Counted from the stretch's first letter, positions 1-9,991 are shown. The stretch is DNA of 64,000 bases from Candidatus Latescibacterota bacterium (GCA_965221775.1 CBDCSU010000005.1:864001-928000), one strand, 5' to 3'. Numbers and translations are program-made. The notes: generated by a model from the letters alone, not told the origin.

Positions 1-163
1 CGGCCGCGTCCTCGGCGGCGGCGCGCTGGCCGCACCCGGCCGCTGGCGGCGGGGGCTGGGCCTGGGACTGAGAGGCCGCTGGCAGAGCATGGTCGTGCGC
101 GCCGACTACGGGCGGGCCGACGGCGGCACCGGCATCTACCTGACCTTCGATCCCATGTTCTGA
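1..163 (+). CDS. 3' end of an Omp85/BamA-TamA family outer-membrane barrel protein (partial, runs off the window start)
   Basis: Manual translation from base 2 gives ...WRRGLGLGLRGRWQSMVVRADYGRADGGTGIYLTFDPMF*. This aligns with the C-terminus of 1455..2621 (WRRGAGLGLRFLWQSTIVRADHG...GIYITFSQLF) and ends in Phe. Confidence 0.75.
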   Translation, partial: GRVLGGGALAAPGRWRRGLGLGLRGRWQSMVVRADYGRADGGTGIYLTFDPMF

Positions 164-256
164 CCGCGGGCCCCTGCCGTGACGGTGCGCGCCCCCCTTG
201 CCCGCCGCATCCGTCGCGCGGTTGCCCGCCGGCGTGGTTGTTCGTGTCTTGTGGGC

Positions 257-1453
257 ATGAGAGCCGCCGCCCTCCTGCTCGTCCGGGGCGCCCTCGCCTC
301 ACTCGGAGTCCTGCTGCTGGTGCTGCTGATCCCGTCTGCCCGCGACGCCTGCCTGGGACTGCTCTTTCTCGGCGACTTCGTCGCCGGAGAGCGCACGACC
401 CCCTTCGACCTGATCACCCCCGAGCCGAAGGTCACCAGCGGCGAGCTGACCGCCGACGACGGCCTGCGCGTCCCCTTCGACTTCTACAGCCCGCGTGCGG
501 CGGAGGAGGTCGCCGCCGACGGCGACCGCCTGCCGGCGTTCCTGCTGGCCCATGGCGTCGTCCACGAGGGCTACCGCGACGCCAGGGTGATCGCCATGGC
601 CCGGCGCTTGGCCCGCGGCGGCTTCGCGGTGATGACCCCGGACCTTCTGCAGATGAAGAGCTACCGGTTGGGGTTCGAGGACGCCGACGCGCTCGCCGCC
701 TGCCTCGACTACCTGTTCGAGTCCGCCGTCGTCGACGGGGGCCGGGTCGGCGTGGTCGCCCCGAGCTTCAGCGCCGGGCCGATGCTGATGGCCCTCGGCC
801 GGCCGGGTCCCGGCGGCAAGGTCCGCTTCGGCCTGCTCTTCGGCAGCTACTACGACATGCGCCGCACCCTGCGCTTCACCCTCACCGGCGCCTACGGTGC
901 CCCGGGGCTGCCGCCGGTCCGTTTCGACTCGAGCAACCGGCGCAACCGCTGGCGCCTCCTGCGGGGCCACCTCGGCCTCGTGCCCTCCTCTCCCACCAGC
1001 GGCGAGTTCGCCGCCTTCGTGGAGGCCCGCACCGACTCCCCCGCCTACGACGACCCGGGGCTGCGGGCCCGCTTCTCGGCCGAAGAACGCCTCATGCTGG
1101 AGTTCACCGCCAACACCGACCCGGCCCGCTTCGACTCGCTCTTCCCGCGGCTGCCCGGGAGCTTCCGCGCCTGGGTCGACACCTTCTCCCTGCGCCACCA
1201 CACCTCCAACGTGAGGACGCAACTGCTGATCGCCCACAGCAGCGCCGACAAGGTCATCCCCTACCCGGAGAGCCTGGCCCTGGCCGCCGACCTGCCGAAC
1301 GCGCCCCCGCCGGACGTCTCGATCGTCGATCTCTTCACCCACGTGGACATCAAGATCGACGGGACCTCCCTGCGCGCCCTCGTCACCGACGTCATCCCGG
1401 GTCTGTTCAGGATCTGGGGCATCGCTCACGCCCTCATGAGTCAGCGCAGGTAG
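257..1453 (+). CDS. Membrane-anchored alpha/beta-fold hydrolase
   Basis: Hydrophobic N-terminus, LLAHG oxyanion-like motif, nucleophile-elbow-like APSFSAG, AHSSADKVIP (Asp) and FTHVD (His). ATG at 257 preferred over GTG at 179. Confidence 0.65.
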   Translation: MRAAALLLVRGALASLGVLLLVLLIPSARDACLGLLFLGDFVAGERTTPFDLITPEPKVTSGELTADDGLRVPFDFYSPRAAEEVAADGDRLPAFLLAHGVVHEGYRDARVIAMARRLARGGFAVMTPDLLQMKSYRLGFEDADALAACLDYLFESAVVDGGRVGVVAPSFSAGPMLMALGRPGPGGKVRFGLLFGSYYDMRRTLRFTLTGAYGAPGLPPVRFDSSNRRNRWRLLRGHLGLVPSSPTSGEFAAFVEARTDSPAYDDPGLRARFSAEERLMLEFTANTDPARFDSLFPRLPGSFRAWVDTFSLRHHTSNVRTQLLIAHSSADKVIPYPESLALAADLPNAPPPDVSIVDLFTHVDIKIDGTSLRALVTDVIPGLFRIWGIAHALMSQRR

Positions 1454-1454
1454 G

Positions 1455-2621
1455 ATGGTGCTTCCACGTCCGGGCAACCCTCGGCCGGCCCCTCGCAGCG
1501 GCGCCACGCTCCTCGGGGCCTTCTGCGCCGCCGGTCTGCTGTTCCGGCCCGCCCCGGTCGATGCGGGGGCCGCGTACGAGAGCACCGGCTTTCGGCCGAC
1601 GGCGATCCCCCTGCTGAACTTCAGCTCCGACGACGGCGCCGGGTACGGGCTGCGCGCCAACCTCTTCGAGTACGACGGCCGCACCGTTCCCTACCGCCGC
1701 AAGTACTCGGCGCAGCTGTTCTTCACCACCCGGGGCAAGTGGGTGCACCGGCTGCTGATGGACACGCCGAGGTTCCGCGGCGGCGACCGCCTGGAGCTGG
1801 AGCTGGTCTTCGAGAAGGAGGAGTTCGCCAACTACTACGGCGGTCTGACGAAGGAGGAGACCCGCGGCCTCGACCGCGACCGGAGGACCTTCTCCCGGGC
1901 CTTCCCGGAGTTCAGGGCGAGGTGGATCCGCCCCCTGGGATCGCCGCGGGCTTCCACCCCGTGGAGGCTGCGCCTCGGCAGCCGCTTGAGCTGGCACGAG
2001 ATCACCCCCAACGCGGAGGCCGGCAACATCCTCTTCGAGCGGAACCCCCTCGGGGCCGACGGCGGCCCTCTCGCTCAGGCCGGCGCCGCCCTGCGCTACG
2101 ACACCCGGGACAACTACAACGACAGCTCCTCCGGGCTCCTCGAGGAGGCTCTCGTCCAGTACACCTTCGGCGCCGGCGGCGATTACAACGGTCTCCAGGC
2201 CCGCCTCGAGCACCGGCACTTCGCCGCCCTCCTCCCCGGTATCGTCGCCGCCCACCGGATCGCCCTCGACTGGACCGCCGGCGACCTGCCTTTCTTCGAG
2301 GAGCTGGAACTCGGCGGCAGCAGCACGATCCGCGGCCTCCCCAAGGCCCGCGACCGCGGCGAGGCGCGGGTGCTGCTCAACGGGGAGCTGCGCTGGCGCG
2401 GCGTGCGCCTGTCGTCGGCGCAGAACATCCATGTCGGCGGGCTGCTCTTCGCCGACGCCGGCCAGATCTTCGGCGGCGGCGAAGGGCCCTCCCGCGACAA
2501 CTGGCGCCGGGGGGCGGGCCTCGGGCTGCGCTTCCTCTGGCAGAGCACGATCGTGCGCGCCGACCACGGCTTCTCGAGCGGCGGCAGCGGCATCTACATC
2601 ACCTTTTCCCAGCTCTTCTGA
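1455..2621 (+). CDS. Omp85/BamA-TamA family outer-membrane barrel protein without POTRA domains
   Basis: Signal peptide, YDTRDN motif, LGGSSTIRG (loop-6 VRGF-like), amphipathic beta strands, terminal Phe. Confidence 0.8.
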   Translation: MVLPRPGNPRPAPRSGATLLGAFCAAGLLFRPAPVDAGAAYESTGFRPTAIPLLNFSSDDGAGYGLRANLFEYDGRTVPYRRKYSAQLFFTTRGKWVHRLLMDTPRFRGGDRLELELVFEKEEFANYYGGLTKEETRGLDRDRRTFSRAFPEFRARWIRPLGSPRASTPWRLRLGSRLSWHEITPNAEAGNILFERNPLGADGGPLAQAGAALRYDTRDNYNDSSSGLLEEALVQYTFGAGGDYNGLQARLEHRHFAALLPGIVAAHRIALDWTAGDLPFFEELELGGSSTIRGLPKARDRGEARVLLNGELRWRGVRLSSAQNIHVGGLLFADAGQIFGGGEGPSRDNWRRGAGLGLRFLWQSTIVRADHGFSSGGSGIYITFSQLF

Positions 2622-2623
2622 TC

Positions 2624-3931
2624 ATGACCGTTCCCGACACCTACCGCGAATACAAGAGGAAAATCAACGCCTGGTGCCTCTACGACTGGGGCAACTCGGC
2701 CTTCGCCACCACCATCATGGCCGGCGTCTTCCCCTTGTTCTACCGCTCCATGGCGACCACCGCCGGCCTCGGCGAGGCCGACGCCACCGCGGCCTGGGGC
2801 TACACCACCGCCCTGGCCCTGCTCATCGTCGCCGCCATCGGCCCCGTCCTCGGGTCGTACTGCGACCAGGCCCGCACCAAGAAGCGGTTCCTCGTCTTCT
2901 TCGCCGGCCTCGGTATCTGCGCCTCGGCCCTCTTCGTCTTCCTCGGCGACGACGACTACCTGCTGGGGTCGGTGCTGTTCATCGCCGGCAACATCGGATT
3001 CGCCGCCGGCAACATCTTCTACGAGTCGCTGCTGCCCCACGTGGCGCGCCCCGGCGACCTGGACCGCGTCTCCACGCGCGGCTACGCCATGGGCTACATC
3101 GGCGGCGGCATCCTGCTGGTGATCAACCTGCTCTGGATCATGCACCCCGCCTGGTTCCTGCTTCCCGGCACCGGCTTCGCCCTGCGCCTGACCTTCTTCA
3201 GCGTCGCCGTCTGGTGGGCGGTCTTCACCGTGCCGCTGCTGCGCCGCGTCGAGGAACCCCGCCTCTCCGGGGAGGGCGCGGGCGACGCCGGCATCGGCGC
3301 CGCCTTCTCGCGCCTGGCGGAGACCTTCCGCCAGGTGCGGCGCTACCGGCAGCTGCTGCTCTTCCTCGTCGCCTTCTGGGTCTACAACGACGGCATCGGC
3401 ACGATCATCAAGATGGCCATCGCCTACGGGGACGAGGTCGGCATCGGCCGCACCGACCTGATCACGGCGCTGGTGCTGACCCAGTTCGTCGGCATCCCCT
3501 GCACCTTCCTCTTCGGGAGGCTGGCGGGCGTGCTGGGGACCAAGAGGTCGATCCTCGCCGGGCTGGGGGTGTACACGCTGATGGCCCTGGGCGGCTACTT
3601 CATGGAGACCGCCCTCCACTTCTACATCCTCGCGGTCCTGGTCGGCCTCGTGCAGGGAGGCACCCAGGCCCTGAGCCGCTCCCTCTACGCCTCGATGATC
3701 CCGCCCGAGAGGTCGGCCGAGTTCTTCGGCTTCTACAGCACCAGCTCGCGCTTCGCCGGGATCTTCGGCCCCCTGATCTTCGCGCTGGTGAGCCAGACCG
3801 CCGGCGACAGCCGCCTGAGCATCGTCGCGCTGGTGATCTTCTTCGTGGTGGGAGGGGCGCTGCTGCTTCGGGTGGACGAGCGCGAAGGGGCCCGCGCCGC
3901 CCGCGGCGAGGGGCCTGCGGCGGGCGCCTAG
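2624..3931 (+). CDS. MFS transporter (UMF1/Atg22-like family)
   Basis: AWCLYDWGNSAF start motif, about 12 hydrophobic segments, YNDGIGT and QALSRSLY motifs. True start is the ATG at 2624 inside ORF 1739..3931. Confidence 0.85.
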   Translation: MTVPDTYREYKRKINAWCLYDWGNSAFATTIMAGVFPLFYRSMATTAGLGEADATAAWGYTTALALLIVAAIGPVLGSYCDQARTKKRFLVFFAGLGICASALFVFLGDDDYLLGSVLFIAGNIGFAAGNIFYESLLPHVARPGDLDRVSTRGYAMGYIGGGILLVINLLWIMHPAWFLLPGTGFALRLTFFSVAVWWAVFTVPLLRRVEEPRLSGEGAGDAGIGAAFSRLAETFRQVRRYRQLLLFLVAFWVYNDGIGTIIKMAIAYGDEVGIGRTDLITALVLTQFVGIPCTFLFGRLAGVLGTKRSILAGLGVYTLMALGGYFMETALHFYILAVLVGLVQGGTQALSRSLYASMIPPERSAEFFGFYSTSSRFAGIFGPLIFALVSQTAGDSRLSIVALVIFFVVGGALLLRVDEREGARAARGEGPAAGA

Positions 3932-4008
3932 GCCGTCCGGCGCAGGGAGGCGCGGCCGTTGTGCCGCGCGAGGGGAGCTTGTGCCGGTGCTCCCCCGTTG
4001 CCGCGGGG

Positions 4009-5853
4009 CTAGCCCGCGGCGGCTTCGATCTGTCCCGCGAAGCGCTCGGTGATCGACTTGGGGACGATCTTGCGCAGGCCGCGGGTAAGGGTGCCCGCGT
4101 CTTCCGAGAGCGCCTCGGGCAGGACCAGCAGGCGCACGGGGCGTTCGTGGCCGGAGAGACCCGCGGCGTCGGCCTCGGCCAGCAGCTGCTCGCGGATGCG
4201 CTGGTGGAGCGGCTCGAAGGCCCGCAGAGAATCCTCTTCGGACGGCAGGCCGGGCAGGTCCGTCTGGCGGCCGGCCTCCTCGGCGTCGACGGTGACGACG
4301 ATGACCGGGTGGCTCCAGTCCTGCTGGCCGGTGACCAGGACATGCTCGACGAGGGCCGCCCGCGAGTAGATGCGCTCGAGCAGCTCGGGGTTGACGAACT
4401 CGCCGTTGGCGATCTTGAACTGGCGGCCGACGCGGCCTCGGAAGGTCAGGAATCCGTCCTCGTCCATGCTGAAGAGGTCGCCCGTGCGGTACCACAGCTT
4501 GCCCGGCACCTCCTCGTCCTCCACCAGCACGCGGGAGGTCTGCTCCGGCTCGTCGAGGTAACCCCGCATGACGTTGGGCCCGCTTACCCACAGCTCGCCC
4601 ACGGCCGCCGGGTCGGTGGTGTGGAAGGAATCGCTCGCCGGCTCGGCGCGGGCCACTTCGCCGCCCTCCTCGCTCACGAGCTTCACCTCGAAGAGAGGCC
4701 GCCCCACGGTGCCGGCGCGCCGTCCGCGGAGGTGGTTGGCGGCGATCAGCGGGGCGCACTCGGTGACTCCGTAGCCCTCGTAGGAGTTGATGCCGAGGAC
4801 GTAGTGGAAGAAGTCGAGGGCGTCGGGGTCGGCCTTGGCCGAGCCGACGACGAGGATCTCGAGCTCGGCGCCGACGCGGCTGGAGAGCTGCTGCTTGATC
4901 TTGGCCACCACCTTGCCGCCGAGGGTGCGGTCCACGAGGCGGGAGCCGAGGCCGGCCGTCCCCCGGGAGACGCTGTCGCGGGAGCGCACCGCCAGATCCA
5001 CCAGCCGGCCCTTGAGCCCGCCGGCGTCGATCTCCTTGCGGACGTTGCCGTAGACCTTGTCGAGGACCAGGGGCACGGTGAGGAAACCCTCCGGCTCGGA
5101 GATGCGGATGTCGGAGAGCACCCGGTCCGGCGACCGCGCCAGGTCGAGGACCCATCCCTTGGCCAGGGGGTAGTAGATGTTGAGGACGCCCATGGAGTGG
5201 TAGTCGGGGGCGGACTTGAAGAACCGGCAGACCTCCCGCTCGGCGATGAGGTCCCAGACGGAGCGAACGTTGGCGACGATGTTGCCGTGGGTCTGCACGA
5301 CCCCCTTCGGCAGACCGGAGGACCCGGAGGTGAAGAGGATCTTCGACTCGTCGTCGGCGGATACCTCGACCTCGGGAGGATCGTCTTCGGACTGCACCTC
5401 CTCCCAGGGGATGCCGTCGCCCTCGGTGCCCGGGCTCAGCAGCAGCCTCGGGGGCCGGGTGAGGGCCGGGGCCACGCGGCTGTAGGGCTCCCGGCCGCGG
5501 TCGTCGACGAGGAGCAGGTCCATCTCCGATCGCGAGATGTTGTGCACCAGGACCTCGGTGGAGGACTTGTGGCACAGGGGGACGGAGACGAGCCCCAGGG
5601 CGTCGGCGGCGAGGAAGACCAGCAGCGGCTCGAAGCCGCCGTCGGTGAGGATGCCGAGGCGCTGGCCCTTGCTCAGCCCGAGGGCGGCGAGGCCGGCGGC
5701 CAGGCTGTCGCGCAGTCCCCGCAGCTCGGCATAGGTGATCGGTGTGTAGGCCTCGCCGGCGTCGCTACGGGTCACGCAACGCACCGCGGGATGGCCGGCG
5801 CGAGAGGAGAAGCTGCTCTCCAGAAGGTCCTTGAGAGTCTCCACGGGAATCAC
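4009..5853 (-). CDS. Long-chain fatty acid-CoA ligase (AMP-binding enzyme)
   Basis: FTSGSSGLPKG P-loop, GYGVTE, YRTGD, GPNVMRGY. Confidence 0.85.
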   Translation of the reverse strand: MIPVETLKDLLESSFSSRAGHPAVRCVTRSDAGEAYTPITYAELRGLRDSLAAGLAALGLSKGQRLGILTDGGFEPLLVFLAADALGLVSVPLCHKSSTEVLVHNISRSEMDLLLVDDRGREPYSRVAPALTRPPRLLLSPGTEGDGIPWEEVQSEDDPPEVEVSADDESKILFTSGSSGLPKGVVQTHGNIVANVRSVWDLIAEREVCRFFKSAPDYHSMGVLNIYYPLAKGWVLDLARSPDRVLSDIRISEPEGFLTVPLVLDKVYGNVRKEIDAGGLKGRLVDLAVRSRDSVSRGTAGLGSRLVDRTLGGKVVAKIKQQLSSRVGAELEILVVGSAKADPDALDFFHYVLGINSYEGYGVTECAPLIAANHLRGRRAGTVGRPLFEVKLVSEEGGEVARAEPASDSFHTTDPAAVGELWVSGPNVMRGYLDEPEQTSRVLVEDEEVPGKLWYRTGDLFSMDEDGFLTFRGRVGRQFKIANGEFVNPELLERIYSRAALVEHVLVTGQQDWSHPVIVVTVDAEEAGRQTDLPGLPSEEDSLRAFEPLHQRIREQLLAEADAAGLSGHERPVRLLVLPEALSEDAGTLTRGLRKIVPKSITERFAGQIEAAAG

Positions 5854-5911
5854 CTCGATCGCTTTTGGTGGCGGCTACCCAGGTTGCCTATCATAAACCG
5901 CATAATAACAG

Positions 5912-7639
5912 ATGAATTCCTGGCGGCGACAACCGATAACGGCAAAAACCCCGGAAAAGTTCACACACCGGCGGCCGGCGCCCCTGTCCGGGCGGCCATG
6001 GACGCTGTGTTCCGCCCTCCTGGCGGTCCTGCTGGCGGCCGGACCGGCGGCCGGTGACGTCCGCGATGGTCTGCGGGACAACCGCTACGAGACCGGCTCC
6101 AAGTACAGCGCCAGCATCGGCTCGGTGACGGTGCAGGAGCGCCAGCTCTACCGCCTGGCCCTGCGTCCCCAGTTTCCGCTGGGGCGGGCGGCCGTGGTCC
6201 TGGACCTGGAACTGTTCCTCGGCGAGGACGGATCCGTCGAGAGCCTGGGGTGGTCCTTCGCGACCCCGGCCGAGACCTTCGACAGCCTCCTGCGCAAGAT
6301 CTACTACGTCCGTTACGGTGAGCCGCGGGAGCCCGTATTCGTCCGCATCGGCGCCCTCGACCGCGTCACCCTCGGCTACGGTCTGATCATGGACCGCTAC
6401 CGCAACACCCTCGAGTACCCGGGGATCAAGAGGACGGGCGCCGTCTTCCACTTCGACCGGCTCGCCGGCAACCGCTTCGGCCTGCAGGGGATGATCAACA
6501 ACATCCAGGACTTCCAGCAGGGCGGCGCCGTCCTGGGCACGCGGGTCTTCACCTACGTCGCCGAGCGCGTGGAACTGGGGGCGACGTACGTCCTCGACAT
6601 CAACCAGTACGCCGGACTCCTCGACCGGGACGGCGACGGCTATCCCGACGCCGTCGACGCCTTTCCCGGGGACGACGGGGCGTCCAGGGACAACGACGGC
6701 GACGGGGTCCCCGACAGCCGCGACATCGACGACGACAACGACGGGGTGATCGACTTCGACCCCCTCAGCGGGCTGAGCCGCAATGTCGTCAACGGTCTGG
6801 AGGCGCTGGAGGACGAAGGCCTCCGCCTGGACCGCGACGTGCAGCGGACGAACCCCTTCAACAAGGACGAGGCCGGCGCCGACCGTTTCGGAATCTTCGG
6901 CGTCGACGCCGGCTACCACTGGAAGCAGGGCGCGCAGTGGGACCTGACCTTGTACGGCCAGATGGGGATCCTCCACGACGATGACGACGAGCTCACCCTC
7001 CGCCAGGCCCGCGTCCAGAACGTGGCCGGCGGCAACCGCAGGTCCACGGGCCTCGGGATCGCGGCGCCGGGCCTGAGGGCCCGTACCGGGACCTTCGAAG
7101 GACGCATCGAGTACCGCTACTTCCTGGAGGACTTCGAGGCCGGCTACTTCGACAACCTGTACGACCTCGACCGGGCGCGCCTCGATCGCGTCACCGGCCG
7201 GGCGGCGCCGAAGGACGCCGGCCTCAACCGAAGCCAGAGTCTGCAAGGCGTCTACGGCCGCGTGGCATCCAACTTCCTCGGACTGGCCACTGGCTCAGCC
7301 GACTACGAGCATCTCCTCGGCGACAACGCCTCGAAGCGCCAGTTCCACGGCTCCCTGAGCCTGTCGCCCGTGGTGATGAAGTCGGTGAAGAGGCTCAGCC
7401 GCCTCGCCCTCCACTACCAGAAGAACCACATCGGCGGGCGCCTCGACAGCGACGGCACCCCCGGCTCCGAGGACGCCTTCCTCGAATCCACGGAAGACAC
7501 CTTCTACGGGTACTCCATCGGTTTCGAGTTGGACGGGGCCGCCGTCTACCTCGACACCCACTTCCTCTTCGACCGCGACGCCGACGGCCGCATCCGCCGG
7601 CGCCAGATCAGCTCCATCGAGACCGTGCTCAGCTTCTGA
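5912..7639 (+). CDS. Exported, probable outer-membrane barrel protein with inserted thrombospondin type-3-like DxDxDG Ca-binding repeats
   Basis: Signal-like hydrophobic stretch, beta-strand pattern, DRDGDGYPDAVDAFP / DNDGDGVPD / DDDNDGVID motifs, terminal Phe. Start uncertain. Confidence 0.6.
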   Translation: MNSWRRQPITAKTPEKFTHRRPAPLSGRPWTLCSALLAVLLAAGPAAGDVRDGLRDNRYETGSKYSASIGSVTVQERQLYRLALRPQFPLGRAAVVLDLELFLGEDGSVESLGWSFATPAETFDSLLRKIYYVRYGEPREPVFVRIGALDRVTLGYGLIMDRYRNTLEYPGIKRTGAVFHFDRLAGNRFGLQGMINNIQDFQQGGAVLGTRVFTYVAERVELGATYVLDINQYAGLLDRDGDGYPDAVDAFPGDDGASRDNDGDGVPDSRDIDDDNDGVIDFDPLSGLSRNVVNGLEALEDEGLRLDRDVQRTNPFNKDEAGADRFGIFGVDAGYHWKQGAQWDLTLYGQMGILHDDDDELTLRQARVQNVAGGNRRSTGLGIAAPGLRARTGTFEGRIEYRYFLEDFEAGYFDNLYDLDRARLDRVTGRAAPKDAGLNRSQSLQGVYGRVASNFLGLATGSADYEHLLGDNASKRQFHGSLSLSPVVMKSVKRLSRLALHYQKNHIGGRLDSDGTPGSEDAFLESTEDTFYGYSIGFELDGAAVYLDTHFLFDRDADGRIRRRQISSIETVLSF

Positions 7640-7664
7640 CCTCGACGGATCCCCGCCGCCACCG

Positions 7665-8798
7665 ATGAACCTCATCATCGACGGCCACCTCGACCTGGCC
7701 TTCAACGCCCTGTTCTTCCGCCGCGACCTCACCCGGCCGGTGCAGGTCCTGCGCGAGCGCGAGGACCCCTGGCGCGACGGCGTGACTCCCGCCGCGGCGC
7801 ACCGCGACGCCCTGAACAAGCGGCCCCGGGCGGAGTTCGGCGGCGTCGCCACCGTCGCCCTGCCGGAGATGCGCCAGGGCCGCGTGGGCATCGTCCTGTC
7901 GACGATCATGTCGCGCGTGCAGCTGCCGAACGAGTCCCTCTCCGACGGCATGCGCAACCAGCTCGCCGCCCACGCCATGGGGCAGGCCCACCTTCACTAC
8001 TACCAGGCCCTCGAGCGCGAAGGGGCCCTCGCCTTCGTGCGCACGGCGGAGGACCTGCGCCGCGCCGCCGGGCTCTGGCAGGCGGAGAGCGTCGCCCCCG
8101 ACACGCCCGTGGGGCTGATCCTCAGCATGGAGAGCGCCGACCCGATCCTGGGGCCGGAGGACGTGGCCAACTGGTGGCACGCGGGACTGCGCTCGGTGGG
8201 CCTCACCCACTTCGGGGCCAACACCTGGGGACACGGCACCGGCACCCGGGGCGGGCTCTACGCCTGCGCCTACCCGCTGATGGAGGCCCTCGCCGACGCC
8301 GGCGTGGCCCTGGACCTGACCCACGCCTCGGACATGACCTTCTGGCAGATCCTCGACGCCTGGCAGGGTCCCGTCCACGCCAGCCACTGCATGTGCCGGG
8401 CCCTGGTGCGCGGCCAGCGTCACCTGTCGGACGACATGATCCGCGCCCTCGCCGAGCGCGGCGGCGTCATCGGCATGGTCTTCGCCGAGCCGATGCTCAA
8501 CCCGGACATCGACTTCGACGACCTGCGCAGCGCCCCGCGCACGGCGCGCCGGACCATGGCCGGCGTCGTCGATCACATCGACCACGTCTGCCAGCTCACC
8601 GGCAGCTGCGACCACGTCGCCATCGGCTCCGATCTCGACGGCGGCTTCGGCCGCGAGTGGGCCCCCATCGACTACGACACGATCGCCGACCTGCAGAAGT
8701 TCCTCGCCATCCTCGAGGGCCGCGGCTACTGCGCCGAGGACGTGGCCCGCATCGCCCACGGCAACCTGCTCCGGTTCTTCGCGGAGGTGATGCCGTGA
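7665..8798 (+). CDS. Membrane dipeptidase (peptidase M19, amidohydrolase fold), copy 1
   Basis: DGHLDL, MESAD, DLTH, ASH and GSDLDGG motifs. Confidence 0.85.
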   Translation: MNLIIDGHLDLAFNALFFRRDLTRPVQVLREREDPWRDGVTPAAAHRDALNKRPRAEFGGVATVALPEMRQGRVGIVLSTIMSRVQLPNESLSDGMRNQLAAHAMGQAHLHYYQALEREGALAFVRTAEDLRRAAGLWQAESVAPDTPVGLILSMESADPILGPEDVANWWHAGLRSVGLTHFGANTWGHGTGTRGGLYACAYPLMEALADAGVALDLTHASDMTFWQILDAWQGPVHASHCMCRALVRGQRHLSDDMIRALAERGGVIGMVFAEPMLNPDIDFDDLRSAPRTARRTMAGVVDHIDHVCQLTGSCDHVAIGSDLDGGFGREWAPIDYDTIADLQKFLAILEGRGYCAEDVARIAHGNLLRFFAEVMP

Positions 8799-9889
8799 AC
8801 CCGCCGCTGATCGTCGACAGCCATCTCGACCTGTCCTTCAACGCCCTGCAGCTCAACCGCGACCTGACGCAGCCGGCGGCCACGGTGCGGGTCCACGACC
8901 CGGTGGAGACGATGGAGTCCTTCGGCAGCTGCACGGTGACCCTGCCCGAGTTGCGCCGGGGGCGGGTCGGCATCGTCTGCGCCACCGTCATGTCGCGGAT
9001 CGACCCGGGGGACCGGGCGACGCGCACGGGCATGTACGCGCAGAGCCAGTGCCACGGCGTCGGTCGCGGACACCTGGCGTACTACCAGGCCCTGGAGCGC
9101 GCCGGCCACGTGCGCCTCTGCCGCACCCGCGCCCAGCTCGACGAAACGGCCGCCTTGTGGGAGAGCGCGGAGGTCGGCGCCGACGGCTCCGGCCCCCCGG
9201 TGGGGCTGGTGCTGGCCATGGAGAGCGCCGACCCGATCCTCGGCCCCGACCAGGTGCCGGAGTGGCACGCCCTGGGGCTGCGCATGGTCAGCCTGTCCCA
9301 CTACGGCAGGAGCACCTATTCCCACGGCACCGCCACCGAGGGCGGGCTGCGGCCCCCGGCGCGGCCCCTGCTGGCGGCGCTGCAGGAGGCGGGGATCGTG
9401 GTCGACGTGACCCACCTGACCGACCAGGCCCACCGCGAGCTGTTCGAGATCTACGACGGCCCGGTCTGCGCCAGCCACCACAACTGCCGCGCCCTCACCC
9501 CCGGCCAGCGGCAGCTCACCGACGACATGATCCGCGACATCGCTGGCCGCGGCGGCGTCATCGGCGCCGCCCTCGACTCGTGGATGCTCGACCCGGGATG
9601 GCGGCGGGACCTGCAGGCGTGGGAGCAGCGGTCCGGCGCCACCCTGCGGAGCGTGGCCGACCACATCGACCACGTGGCCCAGGTCACGGGCACCAGCCGG
9701 CACTGCGGCATCGGCACCGACCTCGACGGCGGCTTCGGCGCCGAGCAGGCCCCCCGCGACCTGAACACGATCGCCGACCTGCAGAATCTGGTCCCCCTGC
9801 TGCAGGACCGGGGCTACGGGGAGCAGGACCTGACGGGGATCCTCTCCGGCAACTGGCTCCGCCTGCTGCGCCGCAACTGGCGCGACTGA
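8795..9889 (+). CDS. Membrane dipeptidase (peptidase M19), copy 2
   Basis: GTG start overlaps the upstream TGA. DSHLDL, MESAD, DVTH, ASH and GTDLDGG motifs; paralog of the upstream gene. Confidence 0.85.
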   Translation: MNPPLIVDSHLDLSFNALQLNRDLTQPAATVRVHDPVETMESFGSCTVTLPELRRGRVGIVCATVMSRIDPGDRATRTGMYAQSQCHGVGRGHLAYYQALERAGHVRLCRTRAQLDETAALWESAEVGADGSGPPVGLVLAMESADPILGPDQVPEWHALGLRMVSLSHYGRSTYSHGTATEGGLRPPARPLLAALQEAGIVVDVTHLTDQAHRELFEIYDGPVCASHHNCRALTPGQRQLTDDMIRDIAGRGGVIGAALDSWMLDPGWRRDLQAWEQRSGATLRSVADHIDHVAQVTGTSRHCGIGTDLDGGFGAEQAPRDLNTIADLQNLVPLLQDRGYGEQDLTGILSGNWLRLLRRNWRD

Positions 9890-9962
9890 TCCCTCCTTCC
9901 GACGAACGGTCTGTGGGTGGCAGCATGTTTCCCGGAAACGAGGCGGGCTCCCGCCTCACCGC

Positions 9963-9991
9963 TTGCGGATATCACTCGCCATCTCTATACT
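9963..9991 (+). promoter_or_regulatory. Putative sigma70 promoter of ilvBN
   Basis: TTGCGG (9963-9968), 17 bp, TATACT (9986-9991) in an AT-richer intergenic region. Confidence 0.5.

Noticed and set aside
2431-6057. Long overlapping Arg/Pro/Gly-rich ORFs (this one and many similar across the window)
   Set aside because: Alternative-frame or antisense shadows of well-supported genes, with no recognisable motifs.
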